Position numbers and translations under genes: made by a program. The notes under the pieces are model-generated. The model searched no databases. It was not told the DNA's origin and was given only the letters and a program-made list of their open reading frames with translations. A stretch of DNA of 63,674 nt, filler included, from Rhabdomonas costata (lineage: Eukaryota): the NCBI GenBank assembly GCA_019059605.1. It is 42 parts of 42 records of this genome, joined end to end, with 100 filler letters (N's around TTAATTAATTAA, not from the genome) between each part and the next. Parts side by side here need not be neighbours in the genome. Positions count along the whole stretch, not along the records: positions 1 to 1,418 come from JAHMHO010016488.1; positions 1,519 to 2,937 come from JAHMHO010016489.1; positions 3,038 to 4,456 come from JAHMHO010016490.1; positions 4,557 to 5,974 come from JAHMHO010016491.1; positions 6,075 to 7,493 come from JAHMHO010016492.1; positions 7,594 to 9,012 come from JAHMHO010016493.1; positions 9,113 to 10,531 come from JAHMHO010016494.1; 35 more parts are not named here. One strand, given 5' to 3'. Below, one piece after another: positions 1-10,130 of the stretch (its first letter is position 1; every line of letters begins with the position of its first letter).

Positions 1-1339
1 GGGGTGGGGGGCATGTCGAGCGCAGCGAGGCATGCCATAATAGAATACCCTTCATCTTGTCGGCCTCATCTTCCATTCGGCCTCCCCTCTCTAACAGGAA
101 CATGAGCGCAGCGAATGTGACGACCAAGAACAGTGAACATGAACAGGAGGCATGAACGAAGTGAAGGCCGAGTGTGAATGTGAACCGGGTATCCTTGACG
201 TGAACATGAACAAGAGGAGCGTAACGACGACTGTGAATGTGAACGGTGATCAAAAGAAAGCATACACATCCAAGGAACAGGAGGGAACATGAGTGCAACG
301 AATGTGACCGAGTATGACGTTTGAGAACAGGAGGAACATGAACGACCGTAGGGAGTGAATGTGACGAGTGTGAACCGGAGGAACAGGAGCGACATCGAAC
401 GAGCAACGCGAGTGAGAAGAGCGAGTGTGACGACTCAACTCAGGGAAGCATCGTCCTACGGAGCCTTTACGGGTTCATTCTTACGCACTCTTCCATTGCA
501 GCATCAGCGTTACCTTCCACTGTGTCAGATGTAGCGGTAGGAAAGCGTTAGGAATATGCCCTCTCTCTTCACCCCATGGCAACATCCTTGGGTGAGATGC
601 CCCCTTGACACAGCGCAAGACATGACAACACAGGGTAGGGAAGGCATTGAGGTGAGGAGGACACCAATGGAGGAAGGTTGACGTGCATGTCGGGCTCGGC
701 GCCCTCCACTACGCGTAACTCCCTTCTTGGGTTCAGCGCATCACCCGGTCAGCCTAACACGACCTGGGATGTCACGCCTTGACCACCAATGGCATCACAA
801 CATCCACTCCCAGTCACTGGACTCACGGTAGGGTGCAACCGTTGCCAAGGGGAGAGGATGCCATGACACCACCAAGGTGAGACGCGACAATGTGACACCA
901 TGCTACTACAACCACCACCACCACACAGACGAAGGGTTTACGGGGTTGTGACACCTCCACCTTTGTACTGGGTAGAATGTTGGGCCCTCGCTGGGTTGCC
1001 AACATCGCCACGACCACCTGATGATCACCAACAACGTCACTCCAACGGTAGGATCACACACAGAGGGGAAGACAGCCAATACCTAACCGCTCGATGCATA
1101 ACCACAAACGAAAAAGGAGGTACGCTGCCCATGACCACCACCAGATGATAACAGCATGACCTACCCTACGCACAGACTAACCCACCTTCTACACGTGCTG
1201 TAACGTAAGGTACGCCGATGCCACTACCACCACATGACATTGAGGTTGGGTACGGGATGACAGACACAGGTTACCACACTGTACATCGGCAGCATACCTA
1301 TGGGTACCAACACCCTACGCCCTACCTCAACACCAGGTA

Positions 1340-1343
<4 letters not shown>

Positions 1344-1394
<51 letters not shown>
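1344..1394. repeat. Compound (CA)n(GA)n microsatellite
   Basis: Read directly from the sequence. Confidence 0.95.
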
Positions 1395-1397
<3 letters not shown>

Positions 1398-1418
1398 TGA
1401 TAGGGAAACCAACCCACC

Positions 1419-1518
1419 NNNNNNNNNNNNNNNNNNNNNNNNNNNNNNNNNNNNNNNNNNNNTTAATTAATTAANNNNNNNNNNNNNNNNNNNNNNNNNN
1501 NNNNNNNNNNNNNNNNNN
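1419..1518. other. Artificial contig-joining spacer (first of 41)
   Basis: N44-TTAATTAATTAA-N44 puts stops in all six frames. It recurs about every 1519 nt (e.g. 2938-3037, 4457-4556, up to 62158-62257). ORFs ending in X...LIN or X...N are artefacts of it. Confidence 0.99.
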
Positions 1519-2316
1519 GGGGTTGGGGCAGAAGGCCCTCTCCGTACTTCCCTGGGGTTCTTACTCGGGCCCGGCGGCTCCACGAGAGCTCGGCAGACGC
1601 CCGTTGGAGCTCTGCGGTAAGCTGGTCGGCCTGTGGTGTATTTTCCGAGCGTGAAAATCACTCCCTTGGCTTGGTCTCCAAGCTGGTTGCCTAAAATCCA
1701 CAACAATTTAGGTCTGTCTGCATTTCCTGTCCGGTTTGGTGCTGGCTTTTTCCCTCCCTGACGAGTGCGTTTGTTGTGCTTTCTTTGGCACTTTGCGATA
1801 GACCAACAAATCATACGGAATCCCTCCCCGAGGTAGCTTTTCCGCAAGTTATGTTGGGATGGACGTGTTTGTGCGGCCCCGGGCATCGCACTGAAGGCCG
1901 AAGCCCCAACAATCGTTGGGGTGGAGTGTCAACGCGTCTGGGTGTCTTTCGGTAAATTGAGCTTATTGTCGTGTCCACCTCAACGGCACCTCTCTTCTGT
2001 AGGCACCAGCAACAGGATGATTTTTCTCATCACCTCCCCACACAGGCACTTCATGCAATCGGCAAGGACACATCCCATCGGCACTCCACAAGTCGCTCAT
2101 CGAACCTCGCCCCACCTCCCCGCTCAATTTTCCATTGTGGCTCGTTGTGCCATGCTGCTCCCTCTTGTCGTGCAAGAGCTGCCCACGACCTACGGCCCAC
2201 GCTCCAGATCAGGGGGTACCTTTCAATCCATTGTGTCCTTTCACGCTTGCACAGCGGATCAAACTTTTTTTGCGGTGGAACCCGGATTCCCGCCGACCCT
2301 TCCGGGCACGGCACAC

Positions 2317-2615
2317 CTTTTCCTGCAGCTCCCGGTTGTGCTGCAACGCGGCGGCCAGCAACACCTCCGCAGGACTTCCCTCTCCGCTAGTACTGCTACT
2401 AGCGTGCCCCTCCGGGTGGGCGTCCCCGGGCCACAGCACAGAGGAGAGGCTGGCCAGCGCGGCGAAAATCCCCCGGCCTTTCAGCAACTCCCACTCCTCG
2501 CCAGAGAGGAAGCCTGGGAGCACGGGGCGGTGGGCCCCACGAAGCAGCCACGAGGCAAGGAACTGCGGAAGCTCCCTGGGCGAGGGCTGGGCCACAAGCA
2601 CACTGCGGAGTAGCC
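2317..2615 (-). CDS. Internal exon of an unknown protein; possible Dpy-30/RIIa-like dimerisation motif
   Basis: GC-rich open frame bounded by TTAG| and AAG|GTGTGC. It contains LLRSVLVAQPSPRELPQFLASWLLRG; the motif similarity is tentative. Confidence 0.45.
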
Positions 2616-4556
2616 CTAACGGGAAGAGTGCGCGCGCGTGCACCCCCCCCCCCGAAATGTGGCGCACCCATTTCACGGGAATGATTCGAGCCTCGTTCCA
2701 GCTTGCATTCGCGTTTTAATGAGATTCTCCCGTAGGCACCATTGTGGCCTCCTGGGTGAAAGAAGCAGCGACCAAAGCAGAGAATCATTCTGCTGGGAGT
2801 CTCCCGTAGTACGCTGCTGGCCAAAATTTCCTGGAAAAGTAAATTAGAATCCACGTCATCTGCCGTTTTCCGGCTCACGGCATTCCCTATTGGTCTCCCC
2901 TGCTTATCAAGCAACGTGGACTGAACCACACACACACNNNNNNNNNNNNNNNNNNNNNNNNNNNNNNNNNNNNNNNNNNNNTTAATTAATTAANNNNNNN
3001 NNNNNNNNNNNNNNNNNNNNNNNNNNNNNNNNNNNNNGTGTGGTTGTAGTTAGGTGTCAACGTTTCTTGATTTGTTCTTGTCATTGCGAGTTGTCTGTAA
3101 TTCAGCGGGTTGTTGTTCAGCGGCCGAGCTTGTTCGTGTCGATTTTTGTGGCTGTGGCTTGGTACTTGGGGGCAACCCCCAAAAGGCGTTGGTTTGCCTC
3201 CTCTCCCTGTGTTGAGATTGGTTTGTGTTATGTTGTCTATTGAATGCCTTTGTGGTGGCCGTGGGAGTGTCCGGTGTGGGGTCCGTCCTTCCTGATCTGC
3301 CCACACCTCCCCAGCGAGGGTCACTTAACTTTTTCGTGCCTTGTTGCTTTGTGTTTTGGCTTCCTCATTGTCCTGATCAGCCTCAATCAACCCCAGCTAC
3401 GCACATTGGTCGGGCCAAAAGCCGTAAATTCTCTGGAATCGAAGTCGCATCGAAGTCGAACACGTTGTTTCAGGGCAGTGGAGCCGTCGGAGAATAGATC
3501 GGGCGTGGCATGGGCACAGTGAGCAAAGAATGGCTGCGCTTATCACGGTTGCTTTTGCTTTGTAGGTCTCGAACCTGTTAAGTGGTAGCCCGCGGTTCCT
3601 GCACCACAACTACATCGCCGCTTTAATGAGGCACTCTGCTTTGGGAAAGTCGCTGGCCCTTGGCGACATTTACCAATGTTTTCGAACATTTCTTTGTTTG
3701 ACAACATGGTGGTGGCCCCTACATCCCGATATCAAGAAAGCGAATTCCGACGAGGTTGCACGCAGCCTGCTTCCAGCCGTGTTCAGGCAGAGGCTTTGCA
3801 TCCGCTGTTTCCCCCAATTTGTCGCAGACCACTTTCTCTTCAGCCCCACAATGATTGGCAACACGGTGACGGCCGCGGGGACGGGGTTTGACCCCCTGTG
3901 CGCGCCCATGATGACGTGTGACCCTCTGGGCACCTCGATGATCAGCAACCCTGGTCTGGGCCTCGGCATGGGGGGATGTTGTGCGGCGCCCGCCGTTGTG
4001 GGGCTGAAGAGGAGGTGGTCTGCCAAAAGTCAGCCTGACAAGTGGATGCAAAGCCTTTTCCGAACGTGCTAAGCTGGTTTTGTTGTTCGCGGCTCAGGCA
4101 GGTGCTCGAGCAGACGCGACCGCGACCCGTCGTCAATTTGTTTATACGCATTTGTCAACTTTGGTATCAGGATTATTATTGAGTATCGCCAGAACATGAT
4201 CGTGAAGAGCAGCTGTTGGTTGAACAGAAGAGACGCCTGCGTGGATCAATGCAGCCGTTGCAGTGGCAGCTCCAGACGCAGCCCAACCTGGCACCAGCCC
4301 CCAAACTCATTTCGTTTCACACGAGCACCTTGTCTGCAACGCTTGAAGGAACCGATCTGCAGTGAAAAACAAATTTGTCTTCAGCCACCAAAATCGATTG
4401 CGCCATTGAGTCCAGGACGGCTGCATTGCCAGCCAGCAGGCCAAAACCTTCCCTTCNNNNNNNNNNNNNNNNNNNNNNNNNNNNNNNNNNNNNNNNNNNN
4501 TTAATTAATTAANNNNNNNNNNNNNNNNNNNNNNNNNNNNNNNNNNNNNNNNNNNN

Positions 4557-5974
4557 CACACGTCAGCCCAGCTGATGCTGAAGTCCCCCAATCCAACACA
4601 CATCCATCACCACCACCATCAACAGCGCTCTTAACAGAGCACAATGATCGCCATGCAAAAAAGAAAGACGGAGGCCTTTCCATACATTAAGCCCAACCTC
4701 CTCCCACCGCAAGAGTGGGGGGCAGCGCATCCCGCCTCCCTGCATCCGCGGCAACGAATGGCTGACCAATTCGATCAATGGGAGTTAGCTGAGATCTCCT
4801 CCCACATCAAACCTCTCGAAAAGTATCCACACACGACGACGCTGTGCATGTGTTCCATAAGCGCCGAAACCATATTCAGTTTCCCAAGGAACAGACCGGG
4901 CAACCCAAACGGGACCGCCACAAAGCACAAGTCCTCGAAATCCTCCAGTCTCCAACGAAATCCGCACAGCTCACGTGTACCACACTTGGGGGTGCTGCCG
5001 ATGTACCAACTAATATGACTTTCTACTTCATCCAGACCAACAATACCCAAAAGTCCTCAAATGGCCCAGAAAGGAAACTGAATTGGCCTCTGGGACACCA
5101 GAAAACGATGCATCCCGGCCCACTCCGCTGCCCTCATACGCAGCATAATTTCTGGAAACCCACTAAACTCCCCTCCAGATCCAAGCAGTGCACACCTGTG
5201 CAGCACTCTGTCCAGTTGCAAGCCGCCGAAGAGCACAGCGTGGTCGGGCTCTTCGGGGAGTACCCCGAGGGGCAGGTGTAGTTCACATCACCACATATCC
5301 GCGGAGATAATGCTGAGCCAGTGGGAAACAAATGAGTACTTGGCCGAAACCTGTGCCAAGCTACAAATCAACTGCAGCCCGACGCCCTTCACACGAGTCT
5401 ATTGTCAGAACAATTCTTTTATGGCCGAGTGAGAGCAAACAAACTTCGCTCAACACTCCAAAAAAATCCATACCACACTGGACAAAATGCAGGTTCTTAC
5501 GTCGCTTCAATTGCGCTGTTCTAATGCTGCATCTCTCCGCCCGCACACGTTCCCACAGCGGTTTTTTTCGCGACTTGGATACATCGGGAAGGTGAACAAA
5601 ATCCTCCTTCTGAAACTATCTCCCAAACGCACAGAGGCACGCGGACACACCAGTGCAGCAGTCCGTCAGGTTGCAAAAACTCGAGCTGCAGCGCGTGGTG
5701 ACGTTCTTCGGGGCGTACCCCTGGGGGCACACGTAGCTCACCCCGCCACACGTCAGCCCAGCTGATGCTGAAGTCCCCCAATCCAACACACATCCATCAC
5801 CACCACCATCAACAGCGCTCTTAACAGAGCACAATGATCGCCATGCAAAAAAAGAAAGACGGAGGCCTTTCCATTAAGCCCAACCTCCTCCCACCGCAAG
5901 AGTGGGGGGCAGCGCATCCCGCCTCCCTGCATCCGCGGCAACGAATGGCTGACCAATTCGATCAATGGGAGTTA
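4557..5974. repeat. Tandem repeat unit of about 1190 bp; contig ends are near-identical ~230-bp direct repeats
   Basis: 4557-4787 matches 5747-5974 except for a 4-nt indel (TTTCCATACATT vs TTTCCATT) and one A in a poly-A run. Confidence 0.9.
5196..5761 (-). CDS. Cys-rich repeat protein, two paralogous phase 1-1 exons (5761-5651, 5312-5196)
   Basis: LTCGGVSYVCPQGYAPKNVTTRCSSSFCNLTDCCT and RICGDVNYTCPSGYSPKSPTTLCSSAACNWTECCT. Both are bounded by CAG| and |GTGTG, with lengths 111 and 117 nt. Confidence 0.8.
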
Positions 5975-6098
5975 NNNNNNNNNNNNNNNNNNNNNNNNNN
6001 NNNNNNNNNNNNNNNNNNTTAATTAATTAANNNNNNNNNNNNNNNNNNNNNNNNNNNNNNNNNNNNNNNNNNNNTGTGTTTGGTGTGTTTGGTTTGTT

Positions 6099-6780
6099 TT
6101 GTCCTCTTTTGGTATCCTGAAGGTTCCCACTGTGTGTCCTTTGTGTGGTGCTGCTGTGACTGTCAAGACCCATAGAGGCAGAGAGAAGCTGCGCTGTGTG
6201 GACTCTGGGTGTGCAAAGTGGGTATCTGCCACAGCCAAACCTGTTTTGGTGACATTCTCAATTCCATTGAAGAAGTGGTTGCTGATAGTGTTACTCTGGG
6301 CGGTGAGGTCCTCCTTTAGGTCTGTTGTTGCAGTTTCGGGTTGTGGTCAAGGTTTTCCTGCCAACAGACAGTGGCCAAGGTTTTCCTGCTGTAAAGGGAG
6401 TGCGCCAAGAAGTGCTGTGATGGCTATGGCTGTATTCTGGGAGGCCCTGGGTCAGTGGTTGAGGTTGAGGTTGATGAGACCGGGTGTGGGCGAAAGAGGA
6501 AGGGTCCATGACCATGCTACCTCCGTGAAGATGGATGTATGGGGCGCCGTTGACAGGTCTACTAAACTCATGGTGTTCAGAGACTTCCGAAAGTGGCTTT
6601 GCATTCTTTTGAAGACAGACGCCGCAATGGACCTTCGCCGGCTGCTGAGGTCTTACCCTTTGTGTCCCAATAGATCTCCAAGGGCGCCACTGTTTTCAGT
6701 GATGGCTTGAAGGCCTACAGGTCAAATCTGGAAGATATGGGCTACAAACACGGTTACGATTACTACGATTACGATTACGT
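6099..6780 (+). mobile_element. Merlin / IS1595 (ISXO2-like) DDE transposase, frameshifted relic
   Basis: Motifs occur in family order across frames: Zn ribbon CPLC..C..C, then GGPGSVVEVEVDETGCGRKRKG (~6440-6505), KMDVWGAVDRSTK, and GATVFSDGLKAYRSNLEDMGYKH. It carries frameshifts and an in-frame TAG. Confidence 0.85.
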
Positions 6781-7196
6781 CTCTACGGCGAGAGCACCAG
6801 CCCTTGTTCCTTGCGGAGTTTATGTGGAGGCACAACGCTACAGTTTTGAATCCATGTCGCTGCCTTTTCGAGCAGATTTTAGCTCTTCTGTGGTTATATT
6901 CTGAGGACAAGACTCTTATTGACGCTCGAAACAGTCTTTCGTGCTAGATTTTGTTGCCTTCTGCTCCTCCTCCTGGCTTACAAACACCCTGCCATTCCCC
7001 GGTGCACTTTGGAACTTGTGCCCATTTGCGGGTTGTTTAACAACGGCTTTTATGTTGAACTTCCACCAAACGTAGACTGCCCACCACCCCTGTGCCCTTT
7101 TTGACCGGCATCCGTGGGGCCACACCATTGCTCCCCTGACCGAGAAAGAGAAGGCGGCCCCCACAGTTCTTGCCCATCGCCTGTGTTTCTTTTCAG

Positions 7197-7394
7197 ATGC
7201 TGTACCAGAAGGACCACTACGTGGTGTGGCCGGCGTTCTCCTCGACGACCAGTGACCACGTGGTGGCCCAACAATTCTTCAAGGCCGCCGATGGCGCCAC
7301 GACGCGCTCCACGCTGTTCCTGATCCAGCCCCGGACAGGGGGCCTCAGCCGTGGCCACGACATCTGCGCCCTCTCCGCCATTGCCAAAGAAAAG
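7197..7394 (+). CDS. Exon of an R-S-E clade (ART/exotoxin-like) ADP-ribosyltransferase domain
   Basis: TTTCAG| acceptor and a 198-nt frame: YQKDHYVVWPAFSSTTSDHVVAQQFF..STLFLIQ..GHDICALSAIAKEK. It has the FSST motif and the run-up to the ExE motif. Confidence 0.72.
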
Positions 7395-7882
7395 GCCTGC
7401 GCCACCACACTCCCCTCCTACTGTCATCCACCTTCCACCATCCACCTTCACCCAACGTCACCCGTTTCCTATGGAGCGCATCCACACACACAANNNNNNN
7501 NNNNNNNNNNNNNNNNNNNNNNNNNNNNNNNNNNNNNTTAATTAATTAANNNNNNNNNNNNNNNNNNNNNNNNNNNNNNNNNNNNNNNNNNNNGGGGGGT
7601 GGTTTTACCGGGAACACCCCAACTTGGTCCCAGGCGAGGCAGTGGACCTGTTTATCCTAGGTCTCCTTTCTCGATTTCCTTCTCCTTCTGTCTTCATTCA
7701 CTTCCCTGGGACACCTTCTACTGCCCCCACCCCCGTGGAAAGTAGGGCATCATATGAAAGACCGTTTTAGCTTGTTTCGTGATTCTCTGCATCGTTTCTC
7801 AAAGTCTTTTTTTTTCCAGTCATTGGGACATATGCAGGGGCTTTTATTCAACATTGTCGACGTGTTATTCCTCCCTATACAG

Positions 7883-8142
7883 CGGTGCTTCCGGAGTACC
7901 GCGGTCGTGGCCTTGCTCAGGCCCTGGCAAGCGTCTCCCTGGCCCACCTGCGGGAGAATGGGTTCAAGCACGCCACGATTGAGGCCACGAGCGAGTTCAC
8001 GGCACGGGTTGTGCGGCGGCTTGGGGGGTGGCAGGCCGGGCGGTCCGTGACGTACTCGACGTGGGAGTTCCGTGGGGGAAGGCCGTTTACGGGGGTTGCG
8101 CCCCCGCACACCGCGCTGCAGTTCTTTTCCACGAAGCTATAA
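7883..8142 (+). CDS. Terminal exon of a GNAT acetyltransferase (AANAT-like)
   Basis: Acetyl-CoA motif A VLPEYRGRGLA, then GFKHATIEATSEFT. ATACAG| acceptor and TAA stop. Confidence 0.85.
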
Positions 8143-9664
8143 TGGGTTATTTGTGTTGCTTGAATTCTACCGTTCTGACAACAGCATGGCTTTGCCACGG
8201 CGCTGGACTGGAACCGCTTTCATATGGCGAGCGCTGCGGTGACCTCAGCGCTGCTTGTCCAAGAGTATTTGTTGCTGTAGTCGAGTGAAATGCGGTGTTA
8301 TAGTGTTGTGGAGCGTGGCTGCGTGTGAATGTTCAGCACGTTTGGTCACCTGCTCCTGATTGTACCAGTCCTCGTTGGGCGAACGTGGGTGCGTCGGTTT
8401 GGGTTGCCGTCAGGGCGTTATTGCACTGAGAAGCTTGCGTGAGTTTTTATTCGCATAGACATCCCGGTACACGAAGATCGCATAGATGCCAGCGATGGCC
8501 TTCTCCCAAACGCCCAGGGCTATGTGAGTGGCCGCTACATACCATGATCTGACCTCTTACCCCACACAATTTCCAATGAGAAACACGAGTCCGGTTCCGC
8601 CGTGCAAGAACACTTAACAAGCGATTGGAAAAAAGAATACGCAGTATGACTTCGGCTGGAGTTTGGGAGAGTAGCTTTTCGATGTCTGGTCAAATGTTCA
8701 AAAAAGTGCCACAAAGCACATCTGGGATTGTTGGTCTCTGCGTCATGGTGTCATTACAAACAGCTCCCATTCTGCTGGCTTCTCTTCTGTTGTCATATGT
8801 TCTTCGATTGCAGATCGGATATTTTTCGCTCTTGTTTTTTCTTTCAATTTTGGGGTAGTGCGCTTCTGGGTTCCTTCAATTTACTCGGCACCTTCTGCGG
8901 TTGCCTACAACAGACCTTCATCTGCTTTTCTGGGCTGTTGTTGCCAGCTCGAGCTCTGTCGAAATTTTTTGGGGTGCCTCCCACCCAACCTTATGTCAGG
9001 CAGGATTCTCGCNNNNNNNNNNNNNNNNNNNNNNNNNNNNNNNNNNNNNNNNNNNNTTAATTAATTAANNNNNNNNNNNNNNNNNNNNNNNNNNNNNNNN
9101 NNNNNNNNNNNNGGGGTGTGTGGGAGCTTTATAGAACTACAGTGGCTGAATGCGCCCCTGAGCTTCCCAAGAAGGATGTGTTGTGTGTGCGTGTGATCTC
9201 AAAAGAGAGAGAGAGAGATGCCAACAAGAACTATTGAACTCCATTCAGTACGTTTCAATTTGGCCAATGTTTGCTTCCTCTTTCCCAGAGAATGATGGTA
9301 GTGAAACGCGCTAAATTACGTCCAGCCGCGATTAATCGTGAAATGACGTGAGCAGGGCGGATGGGGGTGGGGGTTTCCCCCTGTTAAGTTTGTTAATTTG
9401 CCCCTCCTTTTTATTGCAGCGCGTTCGCTATAAATTCTTGATAATTTTTATATCCCCTCTATTAAGAGGGGGGGGGCTTCTAACAAACCAAGCCCCAAGG
9501 CCAGCGTTGTCAAATCCAATTCTCACCAAAACCTCGATATATCACAAGAAATTCGATTGCTTCAGAGGTTCGAGTAATTTTTTCAAAGAAAGAAGAAGAG
9601 GAAGAAGACCCCCGCCCTACTGTCGTTGCATAATTGGCTAATCTGCTCTCGCCCTCCGCAAAAG

Positions 9665-9826
9665 GGAACGAGTTCGGACCTCTTCGAGGGCTTCCCACGG
9701 GCCCGCTTCGTCGTGGTTGCGGTGGTGCTGGCGCTGCTGCAGGTCGCGCAGGGGCTGGCGGTGTTCTCCGTGTGGGCGCTGTACTTCTGCCTTCCTGAGC
9801 CCGAAGTACCGGTGCGACATGCAGGG
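9665..9826 (+). CDS. Probable exon of a membrane protein
   Basis: GC3-rich hydrophobic frame RFVVVAVVLALLQVAQGLAVFSVWALYFCLP; boundaries approximate. Confidence 0.4.
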
Positions 9827-9939
9827 GTGGTGGTGGTTTGGTAAACAGCTCCCTCTGGGCTGCATTCATTTTCCAATTTCCGGATTCCGTTTCCAGTAAA
9901 AAAGGTTATTGGGGTTTAGGATATATTTCGTCTTCCACA

Positions 9940-10130
9940 CCAATTTCATTTCCTTCCCCGTGATTCCATTTGGCCCCATTGGGTTCCATTTCGTTCCGTG
10001 GCCATTACATTCGGTTCCATTTTTGGCTCCTTTTGTGGTTCCTGGTCCATTTTTTCCTGTTATTTCCATTTATTTCATTTGAGTTTCATTCTTTTTCATT
10101 TGGTTCCAATTTTCATTTCATTTAATTTCA
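9940..10130. repeat. Degenerate (CCATT/TCATT)n low-complexity repeat
   Basis: Repeated TTCCATT and TTTCATT units read directly. Confidence 0.65.

Noticed and set aside
3670..3760. FAFLISGCR as a tyrosine recombinase Arg motif
   Set aside because: No HxxR or catalytic Tyr motif found downstream in any minus frame.
3870..3905. tRNA-like T-arm (GGGGTCAAACCCC, minus strand)
   Set aside because: Lacks GTTCRA and no cloverleaf could be built. No tRNA or rRNA gene was recognised in the window.
6075..8142. Transposase + ART + GNAT as a toxin or defence operon
   Set aside because: The GNAT is on a different contig, the genes are eukaryotic exons, and the transposase is a decayed insertion.
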